From contig CAZUWR010000001.1 in assembly GCA_964624415.1 (NCBI GenBank), positions 74,114 to 138,113 of the forward strand: a stretch of DNA of 64,000 nucleotides, in the 5' to 3' direction. Position numbers and translations under genes: made by a program. The notes under the pieces were generated by a model, which was given only the letters and a program-made list of their open reading frames with translations, made no database searches and was not told the origin of the DNA. Shown piece after piece: positions 56,516 to 64,000 of the stretch (position 1 is its first letter; every line of letters begins with the position of its first letter). This stretch comes from an uncultured Bdellovibrionales bacterium. Its GTDB lineage: Bacteria > Patescibacteriota > Minisyncoccia > Moranbacterales > UBA1568.

Positions 56516-56750
56516 ATAATATGAGTAAGTTTCTTAAAGCTATACTTGAGAATAGCAAATATAAGCATGCATGTCAAAACATTTTGAATGCTGAAAAATG
56601 CCGGGATCTCATGTGGTAACAAAAGATGTAAGGCTTAATATAAGTTATCTTTCTCTTTATTCAAAAGCAATTGTGTACTTTAATTAGCAAAGACTTGACT
56701 ACTGTTAATACATGCCGTATACTGAAAGTGTGCTTAATGAATCAAAAATT

Positions 56751-57113
56751 ATGAAAACAAGAGACTTAGCGTCAGCAGTAAGAAACCTTCGAATAAAGTC
56801 TGGTATATCCCCTGCTAAATTGGCGGAGCGATCAGAACTTTCTTCGGCGTACATTTCCAAATTGGAAAGCGGTCAGTACAAAACAATCACATTGACTACT
56901 TCAAGAGCTCTTGCGGTAGGACTAGGACTCACTCTCAAGGATTTTCTTGAGAAGATTGGGTTTTTAGAAAAACAGGATACATATAATCCGTTAAACCAAA
57001 ATTCCGCCAACCAGTTGATCGCAAATGCCCTTCGGGGAAATGGCTACACCGACCAGCAAGCACGGGACATTGTGAATTATGCCAAATATATCAAATCCAC
57101 AGACAAGCGATAA
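56751..57113 (+). CDS. XRE-family HTH repressor (ImmR-like)
   Basis: VRNLR...GIS...LAERSELSSAYISKLESG. Confidence 0.9.
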   Translation: MKTRDLASAVRNLRIKSGISPAKLAERSELSSAYISKLESGQYKTITLTTSRALAVGLGLTLKDFLEKIGFLEKQDTYNPLNQNSANQLIANALRGNGYTDQQARDIVNYAKYIKSTDKR

Positions 57114-57798
57114 CGACCTTGATCATGAAGATGTTTCTCTTGAGGTTCTTGAATTTCAACAGAAAAAAGGCTACGTAGCACTACTCGAACAACTTACGCT
57201 ACACTTTCAAAAACTTGTTTATGATATTTTCCAAAAATACCCTAGCGAAATAACATTCCCTATTGATACAATGCCAATGGAGCATTTTTTGCTCGGGTTT
57301 GAAATCGAGTATCTATCCATAGAGGAACTTATAGAAAATGATCTCATCCCGCACTTTTGCAATCCCTTTGATCTAAAGGGATCTCATTCAAGCCCTCATT
57401 CCATAGAGGGTTTTTGGTTTTCCGATGATAAAACAAATAAAGTTTATATTTTCATAAACACATCATCCAACGCCAAGCGTCAGATGTTTACTAAAATACA
57501 CGAGCTTTTTCACTTTTGCCAAAGTCTTGATCCAGCCTTTAATGACTTTCTCACTGAAATCATCAATGAATCAACACTCCCGAAAAAATACATAAGAAAT
57601 CTTATAGAAAGAAGTGCAAACAAGGCCACGGCCATGTACTTGATACCCGAAACACATTTGCAACAAGCGTATAAAGAGACTCAAGACATTGCGGAATTGG
57701 CGCTATTGTATGGTGTTTCGCAAGATACTCTCAGAATACGACTGGAAGAGTGCAATTTAATCCGTAATCAAAATGATATTTTTGATGTTCCATTTTAA
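57079..57798 (+). CDS. ImmA/IrrE-family metallopeptidase
   Basis: IFIN....KRQMFTKIHELFH, ERSAN..TA.YLIP, LA.LYGVS..TL.IRL. Confidence 0.9.
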   Translation: MPNISNPQTSDNDLDHEDVSLEVLEFQQKKGYVALLEQLTLHFQKLVYDIFQKYPSEITFPIDTMPMEHFLLGFEIEYLSIEELIENDLIPHFCNPFDLKGSHSSPHSIEGFWFSDDKTNKVYIFINTSSNAKRQMFTKIHELFHFCQSLDPAFNDFLTEIINESTLPKKYIRNLIERSANKATAMYLIPETHLQQAYKETQDIAELALLYGVSQDTLRIRLEECNLIRNQNDIFDVPF

Positions 57799-57942
57799 AA
57801 AACACAAAAATCCTGCGCTTCAACACAGGACTTTTGGCTAAACCAACGCGAGTAAACACATTGATCAGGGCAATTTCAATGTAACATATCCGAAATCGTA
57901 AAGCAAGGATATTGGCTCGCGCATGGATAGACGCGAGCTTTT

Positions 57943-58110
57943 ATGTATTCACCCGACATATCCACAAAAGGCCTCGCAAAGGCTCTCAATCTAGGCAAAG
58001 ATGAAGTTTTTGAAGCTAGCTTCAACTTGCTTACATTTTTTGAAACATTGCACAGAATTGACGAGCGCTTGCAAACGGAGAAAAACGGAAAGGAGGCTAA
58101 CTCTGTATGA
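57943..58110 (+). CDS. Small unannotated protein, 55 aa, coupled to rep
   Basis: MYSPDISTKG...EASFNLLTFFETLHRIDERL...; TGA overlaps the rep ATG (ATGA). Confidence 0.6.
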   Translation: MYSPDISTKGLAKALNLGKDEVFEASFNLLTFFETLHRIDERLQTEKNGKEANSV

Positions 58111-59258
58111 TTGATAGCATTGTCCTTTCCATTCAAGAAAACGCTTACACGCTAACGGACGCGCGTTGTTTCGGGAATAAACACATCAAACAAATGGGAA
58201 GGCGTTTTTCAAATACAACTTCTTTCAGCGACATGGCACCGCAACTCAAAAAGCAAGGTGTCTATTTTCCGCATGTTGAGTTTCCTCAAAGAACAAGTGG
58301 GAGGGATAAAAACAAATCATCATCCCTTCAAATACAAGTATCGCTTCCAAAGCTTCTTTATGGTACTAATCTTTTTGAAATAGACGGCTCAGAACTTCCA
58401 GCTCTATGCGCAAAACTTTCTCAATGCTTGCAAAGACTCAATATCATCATCACGGAGGAAGCAGTTGCCAACGCTACTGTCAAAAGAGTTGATTTTTGCA
58501 AATCTATCACACTACCACCTTATCTTGGCACAGCCAAACAAGTGATCCATAAGCTTCAAAAATTCAACTACAAGGCCGGATCAGACTTCACGCGCAAGGA
58601 ATTTCGAGAAGGCTCAAAAGAATGCTTTATAAAGTATCACAGTAGCACGCAAGGTTATGTCGTGTATGACAAGGCCTCTGAATTACTCGCAAATGGCTTT
58701 ACAGAAATAGAAAAAACTATTGCACGCCACCTTCAACAAGGGAATGGCTACGGCCGAGTGATACGCTTTGAGCTTTCGCTTCAAAAAAAGCAATCCATGG
58801 ACGCTTTGCTTCGGCGACACATTGGAAAGCAAAAAAACTTTACCTTGAAAGACTTGCTTTCAAGTAAAATCGCCGTCAAAGATATTCTTTTGGAAGCTTT
58901 TGATCGTATTTACTCCCCCGCTCACACCCTCTTGATCACGCTCGCGGAAATGGACGAAAATGAAATCTCTCATCATCTAGAGAGCCTCGATCTTTCTTTT
59001 GCAAAAAAGGCGACGCTTGCGTATCTAGCGAATAAGACTGCCAAATATGGTTTACGGGCAACATTGGTCGAAATGAAAACCGAAATGTCGGCAAGCAACT
59101 ATAATCGATACAAGAATGATCTCAAAGAGATGTTTCAGAACTTGGACACACTGGGCTTGGAAAAGCCAAACCTTATAAAGTTTTTACGGGATGAGCATGT
59201 TGCATTCCAACTTCTCACACCGAACAAAAGCTTGTGCGGTATTGTCAATCATTGTTAA
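58107..59258 (+). CDS. Putative rolling-circle replication initiator (phage/plasmid II/X, Rep_trans-like)
   Basis: MIDSIVL, QVSLPKLLYGTN, KRVDFC, VVYDK..E, IRFELSL; AAGGAGG SD. Confidence 0.7.
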   Translation: MIDSIVLSIQENAYTLTDARCFGNKHIKQMGRRFSNTTSFSDMAPQLKKQGVYFPHVEFPQRTSGRDKNKSSSLQIQVSLPKLLYGTNLFEIDGSELPALCAKLSQCLQRLNIIITEEAVANATVKRVDFCKSITLPPYLGTAKQVIHKLQKFNYKAGSDFTRKEFREGSKECFIKYHSSTQGYVVYDKASELLANGFTEIEKTIARHLQQGNGYGRVIRFELSLQKKQSMDALLRRHIGKQKNFTLKDLLSSKIAVKDILLEAFDRIYSPAHTLLITLAEMDENEISHHLESLDLSFAKKATLAYLANKTAKYGLRATLVEMKTEMSASNYNRYKNDLKEMFQNLDTLGLEKPNLIKFLRDEHVAFQLLTPNKSLCGIVNHC

Positions 59259-59318
59259 TCGAGATATGATGATATTGTATTACTCAAATATACCTCCCAA
59301 ATATGAACACCCATCATT

Positions 59319-59519
59319 ATGAAAAATAGCACAAGGAAACAAGGAGAAGAAAAAGAATTTTACCTCGTCGAAGAGGTTGCCGAAAAATTGAGGGTATCAA
59401 AAATGACCGTGTATCGATATATCAAGGCAAGTAAGCTCAATGCCTACAAAATCGGCAAAGAGTTTCGTATCAGAAAAAGCGACCTCGACAGTTTCCTTTC
59501 ACAAGTAAGTACACAATAA
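59319..59519 (+). CDS. Excisionase-type HTH (HTH_17) protein
   Basis: FYLVEEVAEKLRVSKMTVYRYI....L.AYKIGKEFRI..SDL..FL. Confidence 0.9.
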   Translation: MKNSTRKQGEEKEFYLVEEVAEKLRVSKMTVYRYIKASKLNAYKIGKEFRIRKSDLDSFLSQVSTQ

Positions 59520-59523
59520 TTTT

Positions 59524-61647
59524 ATGCTCAATATACAAACCGAGAAAAACAAGATATTCTCCCCTATCCGCAATAAGTGGCTTATAAATACACCCGAAGA
59601 AGAAGTGCGTCAAAACTATATTTGCAAGCTCGTGAACGAATACGGGTATAGTTTGGATCAGATTGATGAAGAGCTACAAGTAAACAATAGTCAAAGAGGA
59701 CAAGGAAAATCAAGAGCGGATATTGTCGTGTGGAAATCAAAAGAAGAAAAGCTCAATAAAAGCAATGCCTTCATAGTGATTGAGTGCAAATCAGACAACG
59801 TCACTATACACCCCGAAGACTACTATCAAGGCAACAATTATGCTTCTTGGGCAAGAGCAAAGTTTTTTGTTACGCATAACAACGCCGAAACAAAATACTT
59901 CCAAATGCTTGAAGACAAACTTCCTGTCGACTTAAACGAGATCGTAAATATCCCAACCGCAAAAGAGGTCAATGACGTAAAGAAGCTTCAAGAACTTGTC
60001 GAGGAAACAAAGGTCTTCACCAGAGACGAATTTTCAAAATTGCTTTTCAAATGCCATAATATCATCCGCAACAACGACAAACTTTCTCCCGAAGGCGCTT
60101 TTGACGAAATAAGCAAAATTTTGTTTATCAAAATACGTTACGAAAGACAGCAAGGAAAAAAAGTCTTCTCGTCTTTCCGTTTCGACGAGCTCAAGAAGTC
60201 TTACGAGGAAACCGCTTCAAAAACATCAAAACCTTTTTATCAGGTACTTTTCGACAAGACGAAAGAAGATTTTGTGGAAGATGAACTTTTTGAACTCAAT
60301 GAGGAAATCAAGATCCGTGAAAATAGCTTTACACAGATAGTCAAAGAGTTGGAACGATACAATCTTTCCGATACGGGAGATGATGTCAAAGGTATCGCAT
60401 TTGAACAATTTCTCGGCAAGACATTTCGAGGTGAGCTCGGGCAATTCTTCACCCCGCGCACGATAGTCGATTTTATGGTGGATATTCTCGATCCCAAAGA
60501 AGGCGACCTTATTTGCGACCCGTGTTGCGGTTCGGGCGGTTTCCTTATCAAAGCTTTCGATTATGTGCGCGAGAAAATCGAAGCGGATATTTTGAGTCAA
60601 AAAGAGGCCGTTAAAAACAAGTATTTTGATGAGAATTACCAAAAGCTTGATGACGAAGGAAAAGAAAAGATCGATAAAATTGTTGAAAAAGAGTTTAAAA
60701 AGCTTAATAAAGAACTCGACAATTTCTCGGAAGGATCAAGACTCTACAAGCTTTCTCATGATTGTATCTACGGAGCAGATGCCAATCCTCGCATGGCGCG
60801 CACTAGCAAAATGAACATGATCATGCACGGAGACGGCCACGGCGGGGTGCATCATAATGACGGACTGCTCGACATTGGCGGTATCTTTGAAAATCGTTTT
60901 GACATTATCTTCACCAATCCCCCTTTCGGATCGCGAGTGAACAAGGGTCAAAAAATAACGGAAAATGACAACAAGTATGCGGGTAAAAAAGACTATATCG
61001 AAAAGAAATTCGGTAGAGCAGGCTTGGATGCTATCCATAACCTCGAAAACAATATCGGAAAAAATTTGATTGATACCTACGAAACAGGAAACTTTTCGAC
61101 GCTCACGGAAGTGCTTTTTATGGAGCGCTATTTGAGAATACTCAAGCAGGGCGGAAAAATGGCGGTTGTTTTGCCCGAAGGCTTCCTCAACAATCCGAAT
61201 TTGCAAAAGGTGCGCGAATACTTCGAAGGACGTGCAAAAATAGAACTCATTGTTTCCATTCCTCAAGATGTCTTTATTGCAAGCGGTGCCACAGTAAAGC
61301 CGAGCCTTGTTTTTCTCAAGAAGTTTACCGAAACGGAAAGTACGGAATACAAAGCACTTAAAGAGAAAATAACCCAATCCGTACAAACTCAATACGAAAC
61401 CCAAAAAAGCACACTTGAGAAAGAACTCAAAGAAGCGAAAGGCGAAACCAAGAAACTCAAAAAGAAAGAACTGGACGCTTTAAACATCACTATTGAAAAT
61501 CAGATCAAACAAGAAATCAAAACCGCTTTTGACTATCAAATCCCGATAGCCGAAGTCGAAAAAGCGGGCATCACCACTACGGGAGAAAAATGTGAAAACG
61601 AGCTCGTCGAAGTGGCGAAAGAATATCACCGATACAAAAGCAAATAA
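59524..61647 (+). CDS. Fused restriction endonuclease (HsdR_N-like) and N6-adenine methyltransferase
   Basis: PEEEVRQ, RADIVV, IECK nuclease motifs; GQFFTPR, DPCCGSGGF, TNPPFG. Confidence 0.92.
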   Translation: MLNIQTEKNKIFSPIRNKWLINTPEEEVRQNYICKLVNEYGYSLDQIDEELQVNNSQRGQGKSRADIVVWKSKEEKLNKSNAFIVIECKSDNVTIHPEDYYQGNNYASWARAKFFVTHNNAETKYFQMLEDKLPVDLNEIVNIPTAKEVNDVKKLQELVEETKVFTRDEFSKLLFKCHNIIRNNDKLSPEGAFDEISKILFIKIRYERQQGKKVFSSFRFDELKKSYEETASKTSKPFYQVLFDKTKEDFVEDELFELNEEIKIRENSFTQIVKELERYNLSDTGDDVKGIAFEQFLGKTFRGELGQFFTPRTIVDFMVDILDPKEGDLICDPCCGSGGFLIKAFDYVREKIEADILSQKEAVKNKYFDENYQKLDDEGKEKIDKIVEKEFKKLNKELDNFSEGSRLYKLSHDCIYGADANPRMARTSKMNMIMHGDGHGGVHHNDGLLDIGGIFENRFDIIFTNPPFGSRVNKGQKITENDNKYAGKKDYIEKKFGRAGLDAIHNLENNIGKNLIDTYETGNFSTLTEVLFMERYLRILKQGGKMAVVLPEGFLNNPNLQKVREYFEGRAKIELIVSIPQDVFIASGATVKPSLVFLKKFTETESTEYKALKEKITQSVQTQYETQKSTLEKELKEAKGETKKLKKKELDALNITIENQIKQEIKTAFDYQIPIAEVEKAGITTTGEKCENELVEVAKEYHRYKSK

Positions 61648-61648
61648 T

Positions 61649-63013
61649 ATGACAAATCTACTCGCTACAAATGAATATCGTTTCTTGCAACTTGTGCATT
61701 TTCGCAATTGGATCAACTGGGATGTCAAAAGTTATGCGATCAACACGTTGCAATCCGAATACACATTCGTCAAATTATCCGAAGTGTTGCAAGAGCAAAC
61801 CCAAAAAGTGAAACTCAAAGACTTTCCCGACACGGAGTTTGGCATTTTAGGCGTCAACAACAAAATCGGCATTTTTGACGCTTACCTTGAAAAGGGCGCA
61901 AAAATAAACCAGCCCTACAAGAAAATGCAAACCAACTGGATCGCCTACAATCCCTACCGTGTCAATGTAGGCTCTATCGGAATAAAAACGGAGAATGAAC
62001 ACTACGAATACATAAGCAATGCCTATGTCGTTTTCAGTTGCGATGAAAGCAAACTCGATACGGAGTTCTTTTTCAGACTTTTCAAAACCGCCACCTTCAA
62101 CAATCTTGTCAAAAAATCAACCAAAGGTTCGGTTCGTCAAAACCTTTCTTTCGAATTGTTAAGCAATATCTCAATCCCACTCCCACCACTTCATATCCAG
62201 AAAGCGCTTGTGAAAGCTTATGACGCCAAACTCGCAGAGGCCGAAGCTTTGAACAACGAAGCCGAAACAACAAACAAGCAGATTAAGAGCTATCTCATGC
62301 AAGAACTCGGCATCACGATTGAAGAAAAGCAAAAAAAGAAAGGCTTGCAAATGATACGGTTTAAGGATTTGGATCGTTGGGGTGTTGACTTTGCAATTTT
62401 TACGAGCATTCTCAATAAACTCTACAAAAATACTACATTTCCGATAGAAAGACTGGGTTCACGAATAGAATACCTACAATATGGTTTGTCCGAAAAAGCA
62501 AATAGAGATGCATCAGGGGTACCAATGATCAGAATGAATAATATACAAGATAGTGACATAAACTACCAAGATTTGAAGTATATAGAAAAATGTTCAGAAA
62601 GTTACTTGTTGCAAAAAGGAGATCTCCTTTTTAATCGAACAAACAGTAAAGAGCTTGTAGGAAAAACTGCTATTTTCAACAACAATGTTAGCGCTACATT
62701 TGCCTCTTACTTGATTAGAGTCAGGTTTGAAGAAAAAACAACAGATGTTCGTTATATCAACTTTTTAATGAATTCAATAATAGGAAGGGTTCAAATAAAC
62801 ACGATCAGTAGACAAGTTTTAGGACAAGCAAATATCAATAGTCGTGAGTTGCAAGATTTTACATTTCCATTTCCACCTCTCGAAATCCAAAACAAGATAG
62901 CCGACCAAATAGACGCATGGAAGAAAGAAATCAAAACCAAGAAAGAACAAGCCGAAGCAATCAAACAACAAGCGAAAGAAGTATTTGAAAAAAGCTTGTT
63001 TGAAACAAAATAA
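61649..63013 (+). CDS. Restriction-modification specificity subunit (HsdS-like, two TRDs)
   Basis: Two IPLPPL.IQ / FPFPPLEIQ repeats, GDLLFNRTNS.ELVGK. Confidence 0.92.
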   Translation: MTNLLATNEYRFLQLVHFRNWINWDVKSYAINTLQSEYTFVKLSEVLQEQTQKVKLKDFPDTEFGILGVNNKIGIFDAYLEKGAKINQPYKKMQTNWIAYNPYRVNVGSIGIKTENEHYEYISNAYVVFSCDESKLDTEFFFRLFKTATFNNLVKKSTKGSVRQNLSFELLSNISIPLPPLHIQKALVKAYDAKLAEAEALNNEAETTNKQIKSYLMQELGITIEEKQKKKGLQMIRFKDLDRWGVDFAIFTSILNKLYKNTTFPIERLGSRIEYLQYGLSEKANRDASGVPMIRMNNIQDSDINYQDLKYIEKCSESYLLQKGDLLFNRTNSKELVGKTAIFNNNVSATFASYLIRVRFEEKTTDVRYINFLMNSIIGRVQINTISRQVLGQANINSRELQDFTFPFPPLEIQNKIADQIDAWKKEIKTKKEQAEAIKQQAKEVFEKSLFETK

Positions 63014-63016
63014 CCT

Positions 63017-64000
63017 ATGAAAAAAGCGGTCGCCTACTTTCGCGTATCGTCGAAAGAACAAAAAGTCGAAGGGTACTCAATCCCCGCTCAAAAGCGGTTG
63101 ATTTTGGATTTCGCCAAGCGTCAAGGCATCAAAATCGTGCAAGAATTTGAAGACGACGAAACCGCCAAAAAATCGGGACGAAAAGGCTTTACTGAAATGA
63201 TCCAATACCTCAAAGATCACAAAGATGTCGATGCTATCGTGGTTGAAAAAACCGATCGTCTCTATCGCAACTTCAAAGACTATGTGATTGTAGATGATCT
63301 GAGTCTTACGGTATACTTGGTCAAAGAAAACGAGGTTATCGGTAAAAATGCCTCATCGCATCAAAAATTCATTCACGGGATCAAGGTGCTCATGGCCAAA
63401 AACTATGTCGACAATCTCAGTGAGGAATCTCGAAAAGGACTTGATCAAAAAGCGAGTGGCGGGGTGTATCCCAGCTCAAGCATCCCTCTCGGATACAAAT
63501 TCCGTAAGCAAGACGGCAAAACCATTCCCGTGATCGACGAGGTGCATCAGGATATACCCGTGCGTATGTTCAATCTCTATGCTACGGGACGGTATTCCCT
63601 GCTCTCACTCCTCAATCAACTCAAAGAAGAGGGCTTATTGCGATCAGAGCGTTTTGCCACGCATCCGAGAATCAAAACCATCACAAAGAGCTCGGCTCAA
63701 AGAATACTTCGGAATCCTTTCTATTACGGCGATTTTATGTGGCGGGAAAAACTGCATAAGGGAACGCATGATCCGATCATTACAAAGGCTTTATGGGATA
63801 AAGTGCAAACCGCTCTCAATCGTTTTGAGAATAAAGAACTGCTCTCAAAATATAATTCACTCCCCTTTGCTTTCAAAGGATTGTTTGTATGCGGTGAGTG
63901 CGGGCGTGCCATAACAGCGGAAAAGAAAGTGAAAAAATCGGGACTGGAATATACTTACTATCATTGCACGAAATTCAATACCAACTGCACGCAAAAAGCC
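63017..64000 (+). CDS. Large serine recombinase (3' end outside window)
   Basis: AYFRVSSKEQ..EGYSI.AQ, EKTDRLYRN, ILRNPFYYG, HDPII...LW..VQ, FKGLFVCGECG, YYHC; missing from the ORF track because it has no stop in the window. Confidence 0.95.
   Translation, partial: MKKAVAYFRVSSKEQKVEGYSIPAQKRLILDFAKRQGIKIVQEFEDDETAKKSGRKGFTEMIQYLKDHKDVDAIVVEKTDRLYRNFKDYVIVDDLSLTVYLVKENEVIGKNASSHQKFIHGIKVLMAKNYVDNLSEESRKGLDQKASGGVYPSSSIPLGYKFRKQDGKTIPVIDEVHQDIPVRMFNLYATGRYSLLSLLNQLKEEGLLRSERFATHPRIKTITKSSAQRILRNPFYYGDFMWREKLHKGTHDPIITKALWDKVQTALNRFENKELLSKYNSLPFAFKGLFVCGECGRAITAEKKVKKSGLEYTYYHCTKFNTNCTQKA

Larger units (their letters stand above)
53610..64000. mobile_element. Integrative element (serine recombinase, Rep, Xis, XRE/ImmA, RM, cargo); right end outside window
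   Basis: Co-located mobility and regulatory modules, AT-richer than flanks; left boundary inferred. Confidence 0.8.

Overview
This is bacterial chromosomal DNA. The compact housekeeping genes, many short orphans, pilin/PsbP-like surface proteins and mostly SD-less 'CTATG' starts suggest a Patescibacteria/CPR (Parcubacteria-like) genome, which is an inference. The window appears to span the replication terminus: genes are mostly on + up to ~29.6 kb and mostly on - from ~30.3 kb, and a palindromic dif-like 28-mer sits at 30219-30246. The left arm carries murC, murB, hpf, recJ, a PIF1 helicase, priA-def-fmt, radC, alkD, queH, thpR, a WecB/TagA glycosyltransferase, gltX and an M23 peptidase. The right arm carries msrAB, two ABC-F ATPases, a ytxG/ytxH-like cluster, a csoR-copA copper operon, a pseudouridine synthase, two tandem-domain GH130 genes with a mannose-6-P isomerase, and pyrB. 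From ~53.6 kb to the window end there is an integrated element with XRE/ImmA regulators, a rolling-circle-type Rep, an excisionase, a two-gene RM-S restriction system, a large serine recombinase and M23-CARDB cargo. Unusual observations: (i) a surface-protein locus with a duplicated leader and a cryptic domain broken only by three in-frame TAR codons; (ii) a ~130-nt rod-like hairpin element present twice, each copy directly after a stop codon; (iii) about nine scattered AT-rich orphan genes with a shared promoter/leader architecture; (iv) REP-like palindromes translated in-frame inside proteins. No tRNA, rRNA or CRISPR array was seen. All calls come from reading the sequence; no database searches were run.
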